DNA of 64,000 bases, from assembly GCF_902713615.1 (NCBI RefSeq), contig NC_052176.1, forward strand, positions 11,608,243-11,672,242, read 5' to 3'. Position numbers and translations under genes: made by a program. Under the pieces are notes generated by a model, which saw nothing but the letters and a program-made list of their open reading frames with translations, ran no database searches and was not told where the DNA came from. This stretch comes from Scyliorhinus canicula (lineage: Eukaryota). This document shows, piece by piece, positions 1 to 11,174 of this stretch (its first letter is position 1; each line of letters begins with the position of its first letter).

Positions 1-175
1 CAAACTGTGACTGTTCCCCGGTTAGGAAGAGGCAGCAACTTCCCTGTGTTTTAGTGCAGAGTGGGGGGAGAAGCCCGGTGCAGAGCATGTCAGCGAGTGA
101 GCGGCAATACTGGATTGACATTTCTATCTGAAATCTGCTCCCAGCACCGGGACAGGGATTCATTGGTCGGGGGAT

Positions 176-216
176 CAGCTCTTTCCGGAGAGATGTGGGT
201 GGCTCTGAGAAGAGCC
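176..216 (-). terminator. H1 3' stem-loop plus U7 histone downstream element
   Basis: GGCTCT-TCTC-AGAGCC at 216..201 followed by ACCCA; AAAGAGCTG at 184..176. Confidence 0.95.
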
Positions 217-252
217 TTTGGGTTCAGAGGTTTACAATTTGCTCGCGTTCTT

Positions 253-930
253 TCACTTCTTTGCTGGTTTCTTAGCCTTTGCTGATTTCACTTTGGGCTT
301 GACCCTCGATTGGATCTGCTTTTTTCCGCCCTTGATCTTTTTCACAGGAGAACTTTTCTTCGGGGCTGCTTTCTTCGCGCTCTTTTTGGGAGCTGCCGCC
401 TTCTTGGCTGCGGGTTTCTTGGGAGATTTCTTGGCTGCGGGTTTCTTGGCTGCTGCTTTCCTGGGAGATTTCTTGGTTGCGGGTTTCTTGAGAGTTTTCT
501 TGGCTGCGGGTTTCTTGGGTGCTGCTTTCTTGGGAGATTTCTTGGCTGCTGCTTTCTTCACTAAAGGTTTCTTGCCTGCTCCGGTCTTTATCACTTTCCC
601 CCCGGCTGTCTTCTTAACGATCTTGAAGGAGCCGGAGGCGCCCGTGCCCTTGACCTGAGCCAAGCTGCCGTTGTCCACACTCCTCTTGACACTTTGCTTA
701 ATCTGGGACCCCCGTTTATCCACATCGACCCCTTTGCTCCACAGCTGCTTCTTTATGGCCTGTAAGGAAACCCCCTTGCGATCGCCGCTATCCGCCACAA
801 TCTTGTGGATCAGCTCGGCCAGCCCGGGACCTTCTGGTTTCTTCCGGAGAACCGCCTTCTTCTGCTTCTTGACAGCCTTGACTGGGGCGGCGGCTGGAGG
901 AGCCGTTTCGGCGGCTGCACTTTCGCTCAT
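253..930 (-). CDS. H1: Linker histone H1 (225 aa), replication-dependent type, divergent globular domain
   Basis: Starts MSESAAAETAPP (ATG at 930, not the 1161 ORF start). Winged-helix end motif GSLAQVKGTGASGSFK; K/A/P-rich tail with SPKK/SPRK motifs; intronless; stem-loop and HDE downstream. Confidence 0.97.
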   Translation of the reverse strand: MSESAAAETAPPAAAPVKAVKKQKKAVLRKKPEGPGLAELIHKIVADSGDRKGVSLQAIKKQLWSKGVDVDKRGSQIKQSVKRSVDNGSLAQVKGTGASGSFKIVKKTAGGKVIKTGAGKKPLVKKAAAKKSPKKAAPKKPAAKKTLKKPATKKSPRKAAAKKPAAKKSPKKPAAKKAAAPKKSAKKAAPKKSSPVKKIKGGKKQIQSRVKPKVKSAKAKKPAKK

Positions 931-1004
931 GTCCGGGACTCGGCACAAATTCTCTCCGTCAATGTGAAGTGGCTGAGAAATGAAGCCTCTGGTGGCGGCA
1001 CTGA

Positions 1005-1436
1005 GCAACTTAAAGGCAGCGAGCGGACGGGGCGGAGACAACCTGCTCTCAGCTCCAGGCTGCTGCTGCTGCATCTGTGTTTTTCTCTGGTCCCAAACTC
1101 TCCAATTCCACTCAAATTCCAGCTCCACAGTGTCCCAGGATAAATCCTTCCTGTCTCTCACACTCTAATGTTTGCTGCAGGAAAGGTTTCACGCGATTTG
1201 AATGCTCCATTTCGGATTTAAACCCGTTTTACTGATGCACTGTTCGCGCTCTCTCACCCGATCGCTCTCATTTTCCCAACCTTTCCGCAGAAATCTGGAA
1301 AGCAGCATCTAAACTGCCCTGAAATCCAACTTGGGAAAGTAGGAGGGGATCAGGGGGATTGATTGAATGAACAATATTTCCATTTTGTCCCAGAGGGATT
1401 GGGAGATCTGCTGATCAGAGCGGACACACAAACACA
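1005..1436 (-). promoter_or_regulatory. H1 promoter: H1/AC box, GC box and upstream TG box
   Basis: AAACACA at 1082..1076, GC box at 1029-1035, weak TATA-like TTTAAG near 1010, TGTGTTT at 1436..1430. Confidence 0.7.
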
Positions 1437-2244
1437 GTTGGTTTCTCCTGTTTGGCCCGCCCCTTTCACTCTCTCTTCCACAATATTCACATCCACACAC
1501 AAGGTTTGGAAATTACATTTCCCAGGGCAGAATTCTCCCTCTTCTCAACATTTGTTTCCAAATCGGTGCCTTAATTGTAGATTTTCACCTCACTTACTGA
1601 TCAACTGAGTTTTCTGCTCCCTATCTTCTGTTTCCCTAAATACCCGGCAGCAGCAAGTCATATTTTTAAATCTAAACTCATTGATGACACGTTTTACTTG
1701 AATGTGGAAATACAATTGATCTCCTCTCCAACAGTGGAGATTTTCCTGATTGATGTCATCCTCCTGCACTGCCGGTAACACTGAACCCCAAACTCAACAA
1801 GCAGGGACAGACAGTTAAAGAATAGTCCCACCCCCTCTGAGAGTGGAGATTTTCACAGTGACACACAGATTCTGACCATTCTGATCCGAACAGCAAATTT
1901 AAAAAATAAAGATGGACTCAAAGAGGGAACGTGTAAACCAGGAGAACGTGTAAACTAGTGGGGAGTGTAAACCAGGGACAATAATAAATGAGGGGAGTGT
2001 GTTCACCAGAGAAATGTGTAAAATCAGTGGAAGATGCATAATCAAAGACATTCTCCCCGTGTGTGGGTTCCCCCGGGTGCTCAGACTTCCTCCCACAGGC
2101 CAAGCATAGAACAGAGAACAGTACACCACAGAACAAGCCCTTCGGCCCTCGATGTTGTGCCGAACAATGATCACCCTACTCAACCCCACGTATAAACCCG
2201 TAACCCAACTCCTTCTGCCCTGCAATAATTCTCGAGTTCTATGG

Positions 2245-4020
2245 AAAATGAAGTCAGTCGGTGAATTGTTAGTTTGCAGAAAGTATGAGTTTGAGGGGCT
2301 GAATGGCAGTGTAATAACAAACAAGCTGCAGGCAATGGCTGCAAATTGAATATCTCATTGGGACAAACACACAGCTACAAAGGTGATTGGTTGAGCCCTG
2401 GGGCGCAGGGCCACTTGCACCCACACACACACTGTCCCCCCAACACGGGCTCTATCGGAGGTTTTGCTCCAAATGTGATGACAGTGAAATGGGGAATATT
2501 CCCATTGATTCTCAATGCGGAATTGCTGCGCAGATCTGCGCATGCCCGGGGTAGCCCCGCCCCCTGCCTGTCGTCACTGAGATTACGCGCGCATGCGCAG
2601 CCCCGCCCTCACACACACTCCATTTGCTCAGTGAGTGGAGACGCTTTGTTCAAACTGAGTGAAATGTCAGGGCCCAGGTCAGCGAGGAAACAGCGTTCTC
2701 ATTGCAGCAGCCCATCCATTTGGGAGTGTGAGCAAAGAGGCTCAGAGATCATTACTGACTCGGGGGGAGTTCAGGGAGAATCGGGGGCTGTTTGCAAGAG
2801 GCGCAGCGGGAGCCCCATCTTGTTCCGGGACTTGGAGTGAGCGGGGGGAAGGGAGAGCTCTTTCTGGGCCTGGCTTATTGTCTGATTCTGGGGCAGGATT
2901 TGGACAGTATTTTCTATTTTTACTAATTATCAGTTGAAAGAATTGTTTAATTTATCATTGGCCTCATCTGACCCTGATTTACAAGAATTTTTTTTTCTTC
3001 CCAACGTTCATCAGATGAAGAGATGAGTTCCAAGATGATGATACCTCAGCAACATGAATGTGCAGCCGTCTCCTTCTAACTGACAGTAAGTACAATATTA
3101 ATCCAACATTGCAGAGACACAGACACAACATCAGCTCCACCGTCACAGGGAACAGAAGCAGCCACACTTACATTGAGCTCAAGTCCCAGATAAACATGTC
3201 CTATCCAACAGTGACACACAAGAGGGCAGGTGGGATAACTTTCCACAATTCACCCCTAGTCCATGAACTTTTTGCAGACAGTGCAGAAAGAGGCCATTTG
3301 GCCCATCGAGTCTTCACCAACCCACTTAAGCCCACACTTCCACCCTATCCCTGTAACCCAATAACCCCACCTAACCTTTTTTGCTCACTAAGGGCAATTT
3401 ATCATGGCCAATCCACCTGACCTTCATGACTTTGGACTGTGGGAGGAAAGCGGAGCACCCGGAGGAAACCCACGCAAACACGGGGAGAACGTGCAGACTC
3501 CACACAGACAGTGTCCCAGTGGGTAATCCAACCTGGGACCCTGGCGCTGTGAAGCCACAGTGCTATCCACTTGTGCTACCTTGCTGCCCTATCATGGAAC
3601 GTCGAATCAACTTGTTTTGATAACAGCTTTTCATCTGTAAATTAATCAGGAAAGTATTAATTAGGCTATAGATTGAGCAATCAACGTGGAAGTATCCATT
3701 TGCACTTTTTTGAAACTTTGTTGGGCTAAAATGTATCAGAAGCACTTTAATCTCACAAGTTGTGAACCTTAGGCACATGTAAAAAGTCAGATAGTAGAGC
3801 TGATTGAAAAATACATAATTAATCCTAAATTTGTACTGAGACAAGTCCAAAATAAAATATTGGGGGAATGTCCAATTCACATAACAAGCATGTCTTTCGG
3901 GACTTCTGGGAGGAAATGGGAGCATGTGGAGGAAACCCATGGAGACACGGGGAAAATGTGCAGACTCTGCAGAGGCAGCGACCAAGTGGGAAACAAATCT
4001 TGGACCGTGGCGCTGTGAAC
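2245..4020 (+). repeat. Multicopy promoter/exon-like cassette, copy A (contains an HE1 insertion)
   Basis: Near-identical core to 7443, 19757, 33605(-), 42630/45277 and 60895. Reverse CCAAT, NRF1-type GCGCATGCGC, GC boxes, donor-like GTGAGC (2837) and GTAAGT (3086). Confidence 0.85.
3277..3590 (-). mobile_element. HE1-like tRNA-derived V-SINE
   Basis: Core GGACTGTGGGAGGAAA..GGAGCACCCGGAGGAAACCCACGCA; absent from the paralogous position in the 46 kb cassette copy. Confidence 0.85.
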
Positions 4021-4061
4021 CTCTCCCCTGATATACACAATGCCCTGTTACAAACTGTTTT

Positions 4062-5270
4062 TTCACACTCCCCTGGTTTGCATGCTGACTTGGTTTCACA
4101 CTGCCCTGGTTTGCATGCTGACTTGGTTTCACACTCCCCTGGTTTGCATGCTGACTTGGTTTCACACTGCCCTGGTTTGCATGCTGACTTGGTTTCACAC
4201 TGCCCTGGTTTGCATGCTGACTTGGTTTCACACTGCCCTGGTTTGCATGCTGACTTGGTTTCACACTGCCCTGGTTTGCATGCTGACTTGGTTTCACACT
4301 GCCCTGGTTTGCATGCTGACTTGGTTTCACACTGCCCTGGTTTGCATGCTGACTTGGTTTCACACTGCCCTGGTTTGCATGCTGACTTGGTTTCACACTG
4401 CCCTGGTTTGCATGCTGACTTGGTTTCACACTGCCCTGGTTTGCATGCTGACTTGGTTTCACACTGCCCTGGTTTGCATGCTGACTTGGTTTCACACTGC
4501 CCTGGTTTGCATGCTGACTTGGTTTCACACTGCCCTGGTTTGCATGCTGACTTGGTTTCACACTCCCCTGGTTTGCATGCTGACTTGGTTTCACACTGCC
4601 CTGGTTTGCATGCTGACTTGGTTTCACACTCCCCTGGTTTGCATGCTGACTTGGTTTCACACTCCCCTGGTTTGCATGCTGACTTGGTTTCACACTGCCC
4701 TGGTTTGCATGCTGACTTGGTTTCACACTGCCCTGGTTTGCATGCTGACTTGGTTTCACACTGCCCTGGTTTGCATGCTGACTTGGTTTCACACTGCCCT
4801 GGTTTGCATGCTGACTTGGTTTCACACTCCCTGGTTTGCATGCTGACTTGGTTTCACACTCCCCTGGTTTGCATGCTGACTTGGTTTCACACTCCCCTGG
4901 TTTGCATGCTGACTTGGTTTCACACTGCCCTGGTTTGCATGCTGACTTGGTTCACACTCCCCTGGTTTGCATGCTGACTTGGTTTCACACTCGCCCTGGT
5001 TTGCATGCTGACTTGGTTTCACACTGCCCTGGTTTGCATGCTGACTTGGTTTCACACTCCCCTGGTTTGCATGCTGACTTGGTTTCACACTGCCCTGGTT
5101 TGCATGCTGACTTGGTTTCACACTGCCCTGGTTTGCATGCTGACTTGGTTTCACACTGCCCTGGTTTGCATGCTGACTTGGTTTCACACTGCCCTGGTTT
5201 GCATGCTGACTTGGTTTCACACTGCCCTGGTTTGCATGCTGACTTGGTTTCACACTCGCCTGGTTTGCAT
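4062..5270. repeat. 33-bp minisatellite, about 36 copies
   Basis: Unit CACTGCCCTGGTTTGCATGCTGACTTGGTTTCA; explains the 11-aa periodic ORFs. Confidence 0.97.
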
Positions 5271-7025
5271 GTCCTCCCACCCAATCTCTGTGGTTTCTGT
5301 ATGTTCTTTCCACATCATGCCCGACACTTGGTCCTCCACCTTTTGCCCTTGTCTGCACGTATAGGGCCACCATCTCCCGCCTCTTCGTCAGTCAGTTGTG
5401 TTGTGGGGGGTGGAGGAGGGGGTGAGGTTCTTTTCTCCCCCTCCCCCCTCCAATTGTTGGTTTGCCAATGCGCTGTCGCTCTTCGCCTGGACCCCTCCGG
5501 CCTCTCCTGTGGTCACGGCCCCAGCCCGCAGTCTGTGACAAACGTATCTGCTTCAGTTGGGGCCTTAAAAACAATATTTTTTGCCCTGGTATGTGACCCA
5601 GGCCTGGCTGGATATAACATTCTTAAGTGAACGCCGCTTTCGTACAGCGCTGCTTTGGCCCTGTTAAATCCAGCTCTGCACGTGGCCAGGTCAGCCCCAA
5701 TGTCCTGATAAATTCAGAGTCTGTGTCCTTCCCAATTTCAGTTCCTCATGTTTAAAAATAAAAAACCAATGAGGAGACAATAAAATGGAGTTCTGCTCCG
5801 ATCGACTGAGAAGCCCGAAGTGCCAGGACCTGCGCCGGAGACCACCCACGATGCAGTCGTCAATCACCCCAGCCCCGGAGAGAGAGAAGGTGAACAAAAC
5901 CCCGAGAAATGGAGAGAGGCCCACAATTCAAACAAGAACGAAAACAGAGAGAGAGACAAAATGGACCAAGGGGAGAGAGACCCCACGAGACAGAGAGAAG
6001 TAAAGACGGATGGGAGGAGACAAGAAGAGGGGCAAAACACACCTCCAAAAAGACGGAGTTCTCCTTTGATCAGTCCGAACTGCTGGCACCAGTGGAGGAG
6101 CCGCCCACGATGCTGGCACTATGTCTTCACTTACAATTCTTTAGTTGCTCACCCAATAGACCTTTTTTTTTCTCTTCCCCTGTACTCTGGTAAGTGCCTC
6201 CTTATGCCAAGATCTGAACTTTCCAAAATATTTGAATTGTTGCACTTGAAGGTGTTTTTGATTGTAGTGGAGAGCCTCCACGTGTGAGCTACCCCCTCTG
6301 AACTCAGCCCCCCTCTGTTTAGACTCATAACTCATTTTCCAAATTCCCCTCATTTCACACATTCACAGGTTTACATATTCCCCTTGTTTTGCACACTCTC
6401 CTTGTTTTACACAGTCCTATGTTTTACACATTATCCTGGTTAACCCACTCATCTGCTCAATACACTCCCCTGTTCCACACACGACTCTGGTTTACACATT
6501 TCCAATAGTTAACACACTCCCCATGTTTACCCACTCCTCTGTTATGCTTGGCTTTACACACTCCCCTGCTTTTACACACTCTGCAAGTTTACACATGCTT
6601 TTCTTGTCCACTCTCTCCTGCTTTTAAGCACTCCCCTGGTTCACATTCACCACAAATTCTATAAACTCCTGGTTTTAACTCCCCAGGTTTTACCCATTTC
6701 AACAAATACACACACTCATATTGTGTAATTGTCGGTTTTCACAATCCTCTCTTAAACATACTTATACACCTAGTTTTACACACACACACCTGGTATTACA
6801 GCCTCAAATTATACATGTATTGTACAATCACTGGGTTTGCACACTGCCCAGCTTACACACTTCATAGGGTTTTACACAATCCCGGTTCACAGACACCCAG
6901 CTTGCACAATCACTTACTTTTTCACACTTTCCTTGTTAACACACTTGCACCCATGGCTTTGCACGATCCATTGGTTGTACACACATCCCTGACTTTACAC
7001 ACTCCCAGTTTATGTAATTCTATTA
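5270..7025 (+). repeat. Segmental duplicate of ~56475-59625 (L1 ORF1/5' fragment plus degenerate 17-mer array), internally deleted
   Basis: 5270-5745 matches 56475-57105; 5785-6420 matches 58050-58690; 6421-7025 matches 59020-59625. Confidence 0.85.
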
Positions 7026-7029
7026 CAGG

Positions 7030-7420
7030 AGAGTGAGTGAACAAGGGGAGCGAGTAAAGCAGGGAAGCGAGTAAAGCAGGGGAGCGAGTCAAGCAGGGGA
7101 GCGAGTCAAGCAGGGGAGCGAGTCAAGCAGGGGAGCGAGCCAAGCAGGGGAGCGAGCGAAGCAGGGGAGTGAGCGAGCAAAGCAGGGGAGCGAGCGAACC
7201 AGGGGAGTGAGCGAACCAGGGGTAGTGTGTAAAACAGCACAGTATTTAATTCCCGGATATGATAACAAATAGCCGTGTGTGTGAAGAACCAGAGTGTGTG
7301 AGCAGGGGTGTGTGTTAAACCAGGCAAATGTATAAACCAGGGGCTGTGGAAACCAGGAGAGTGAGAAAACTAGGAATGTGCTAAACCAGGAGTGTGTGCA
7401 AAATTAGGGCAGTGAGTAAA
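7030..7420 (-). repeat. 17-bp motif array, reverse orientation
   Basis: GCAGGGGAGCGAGTCAA repeats grading into GTGTGTAAACCAGGG units. Confidence 0.8.
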
Positions 7421-7442
7421 GCAGTTGATTGTCTCAATCAAA

Positions 7443-7738
7443 TTCACTTTGAAATTGGAAATGGGTGATAATGAAGTGAATCAGTGAAATGGTAGTTTGC
7501 AGAAAGTGTGAGTTTGAGGGGCTGAGTGACAGTGTAATAACAAACAAGCTGCAGGCAATGACTGCAAATTGAATATTTCATTGGGACAAACACACAGCTA
7601 CAAAGGTGATTGAATGATCCCTTGGGCGCAGGGCCACTTGCACCCACACACACACAGTCCCCCCAACACGAGCTCTGTAGGAGATTTCGCTCTATATGTG
7701 ATGACAGTGAAATGGGGAATATTCCCATTGATTCTCAA
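7443..7738 (+). repeat. Cassette copy B, 3'-truncated
   Basis: Matches 2260-2516 and breaks after CCCATTGATTCTCAA. Confidence 0.85.
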
Positions 7739-10172
7739 AGTACCAGGGACTGATACATACAGGATAGATCTGGCACAGAGGTTTTGGCAAAGAATGAAAA
7801 CTGCTGATGAAATGTCAAATTCACACTCACTACCAGTGGCAACCTCACAATGAGCTGTTGTTTGTGTATCGGACCACACCCCAACATTCGTTAGGATACC
7901 GGACAAGAAACTGCAAACATCTTTTTCAATTTGTAAATTGAAAATTGTACATTAACTCAATGTACAGCTCATATATACAGAATAAACTCGATGTACAGCT
8001 CAAATGTACAGAATAAACTCTATGTACAGCTCAAATATACAGAATAAACATGAAGGTGACATCACATACCTGAAAAGAGGAGGTGCAGATCATAATCCAC
8101 ATTCGCTTACCAAAAACACACTTGTAATAAATTTAAAACGTGACAATTACTTTTCAGAAACCAAAAGACGCAGACAATATATTCATATACTTGTGACAGA
8201 AAAGTGCACAAATATTCAATTTTGTCACATCAGAATGGATAGGAGTAGAGAAAACTATGTCTTAATGAATCAGAAATTTAAAAAGATGGAATAGTTTACT
8301 TTAATGTTTTCAGGAACTCAAATGAGTGGATAAAACAAAATAAGATACTGAGCTATGAGAGATTGAGGTGAACATATTAACACATAGAGCCACACTGAAA
8401 ACTGTGATAGATGCACGATATAACACAATGTTCCAATTCACTGCAATATACAGAGTGAAAACAACACTCACATGGCAGCAGTGGACATTCTCAGTGAATA
8501 GCGGGACAGATATACCACATACTGGCAGCTTTATGAGTATAAACATGCTTCCATTCATCTATTTAAAGAAATAGAGATTAATATCTACCCTTTTCTGAAA
8601 CATAAGGTTGCAGCACAAACCCAGAATCTATGCATCAGAAACTCTGGGAAACAGAGTACAATAGACAGTGACATATACAGACTCGGCTGACTCATGGGAC
8701 GTTAGACCTAATACAATTGTAGTTAGAAGAACGACAATCAACTTTCTTAAAAGATATAGGTATCAGAGAGGATGTTGCTGTGAAAATCCTACTTTCCTAC
8801 ACAGTACCATCTGTGACAGATCAAGAAGGGAAACAGTAATGACATACTGTTCCGGAGACTGAAACATACAGGATAAATCCGGCACAGAGATATTTGACAA
8901 AGAATGAAGACTGCTGATGAAATGTCAAACTCACACTCACTTTCCGTGGCATCCTCACAATGAGCTGTTGTTAGTGTATCGGATCACACCCCAACTTTTG
9001 TTAGGACACCGGACAACAAACTGCAAACATTTTTTTCAATTTGTAAAACTGTGAGGAAAGGAAATTTGTCCCCAGGAGTGATGACACTGACCAATATATT
9101 AAAACAAACTTTAATTTAAACACAGAATTAATCACGTTAACATTAAAGCACCAGCTTTACAATTAACAGTCAATCCTATACTCTCACAGATTGTCAGGTA
9201 AAGAATCAATTACATATTCACAAAGAAAAAAAACATATGATAGAGAGAGAGAGAGAAATACAGCACAGAACAGCCCCTTTGGCCCAAGATGTTGTGCCGA
9301 ACTTTTGTCCTAGTTTTATCATGGAAGTTTGGACACCAAGGGCAATTTATCATGGCCAATCCACCCAACCTGCGCATCTTTGGACTGATATTGACAGTTA
9401 TGTGAGAAATTTCACTCCAGTGCACCTGAGGAAACAAGAATTTGCAGTATGAGTCACATGGTTGCATTGCTTTCAGAGACAGTCTTACAAAGAATCATAT
9501 CCATATCGAGATTCCAGAAAATGACAGATCCAGACAGGAATGTAGGGGGTTATGGATTAGTGCAAAACGCACATTCTGAATCAGAAAATGCGTGAATCGA
9601 AAACAAAAACCAGAACAATTCATTTGCAGCGAATAATAGATGCAGAATGACTTGGATACTGACATTGTGGCCCAGTGGTGAACCGATACTGGATAAACAT
9701 ATTTCATATACAGACCACTATTGGTTTTAGTATATATGTTTGAATGTGGGCATTATCAAAAAGTACCTTCCTAATAGCTGTGTTTAAGGTGGCTGTGGAC
9801 TGCCTTCTTTCACCCTCGTAGCCTGTCTGCCGAAGCTACATCGATAGAACAAGGGCACAACAAAGAACACACCAACAATAAACATGCAAACACACAAAAA
9901 CCCCACAGTTGCATCCCAATAACTGATAGGGTAAATAAAACAAACATTCAAAAACAGATGCAGATACTGAGTTATCACAACATCCACATTCCCTGACTGC
10001 TAATTGAATGTGGAATTTACTCTGAATATTTCAGAGTAAAGAACAGGCATCAAGTAAACCTCCATTGTGTTGCAGTAACTGACACATGCAGCACAGAACC
10101 AACATTCTGACATTGGGAACAGACAAGTGAAGATTAAAACGCATTGTTACATAAAGGAAACTGACAGAGACT

Positions 10173-10511
10173 TAGAATTTGCAGAGCCGAAGGAGGCTAT
10201 TCGGCCCATCGAGTCTGCACCGGCTCCTGGAAAGAGCCACGATCCACACCTCCACCCTATCCCCATAACCCAGTAACCCCACCCAACATTAAGGGCAATT
10301 TTGGACACTGAGGACAATTTAGCATGGCCAATCCCCCTAACCTGCATGTCTTTGGACTGTGGGAGGAAACCGGGGCACCCGGAGGAAACCCACACACACG
10401 CACGGGGAGGATGTGCAGACTCCGCACAGACAGTGACCCAAGCCGGGAATCGAACCTGAAACCCGGGAGCTGTGAAGCGATTGTGCTTTCCACAATGCTA
10501 CCATGCTGCCC
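10173..10511 (-). mobile_element. HE1-like SINE, full length
   Basis: tRNA-like head GGGCAGCATGGTAGC, V-SINE core, CR1-like tail. Confidence 0.88.
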
Positions 10512-10974
10512 TTAATACACATTCACTTCCCGTATAACAGGCACAGGAGAAAAACGACTTTCCATCCATGGCAGAACTAACCTGTGGAGAGAAAATAGAC
10601 AATGAGACAGCTGTACAGCAGAAAATACTGATTCACAAACTGGAAACTGTCAGCTCAATAGTAAATGAGCAAAACAAACTCATATGAAACTGTAATGGGT
10701 TTGCAGTGATCCCATTCACTGTCCAAAAATTACAGAAAAAGTGTAAGGTGTTTCCTTCTACATTGAAAATACAGGTAAACCCAAATTCACACATAATAAA
10801 TTGAGAAATTCAAAGTGCAGCCAGCATTTACTACGGTACGAATATGACAAAAATAGAATAAGATAGTCACCAAATAATGGCACTCAAAATAAAATTGACA
10901 TGAAGCTAGTAGAAATGGAATACTAGATTAATATCTCCAATCACAGATTAGAAAGTCGGTTCACCCCGACACTC

Positions 10975-11110
10975 ACACACTGAATCAGAGAGTGAGTAAA
11001 TCCCACACTCACACTGCATCAGAGAGTGAGTAAATCCCACACTCTCACACTGTATCAGAGAGTGAGTAAATCCCACACTCTCACGCTGTATCAGAGTGTG
11101 TAACTCACAC
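10975..11110. repeat. ~35-bp tandem repeat, about 4 copies, upstream of H2B
   Basis: CAGAGAGTGAGTAAATCCCACACTCTCACACTGTAT units. Confidence 0.8.
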
Positions 11111-11174
11111 TGACAAACTTGGACTGGAGACATTCTTTCTGAAATGCATTTGCTGTTTGTCGTAAGGAGGTTAC

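Noticed and set aside
218-658. Hydrophobic antisense ORFs over H1 and the core histones
   Set aside because: Shadow frames of Lys/Ala-rich, codon-biased histone genes.
931-1161. N-terminal extensions of H1 and of the H2A, H2B and H3 ORFs in the track
   Set aside because: They overlap TATA/promoter elements and mostly use non-ATG starts; canonical ATGs lie downstream.
2475-2580. C/D box snoRNA (GTGATGA ... CTGA) in the cassette
   Set aside because: The D box position is not conserved among copies, the C box is buried in a long stem, no recognisable rRNA guide is present, and the context is promoter-like.
2346-2840. 164-aa cassette ORF (MNISLGQTH...) and the exon-1 ORF MSGPRSARKQ
   Set aside because: Non-ATG start for the long ORF; broken by frameshifts, stops or deletion in other copies.
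3563-5630. Long periodic ORFs on both strands
   Set aside because: Products of the 33-bp minisatellite.
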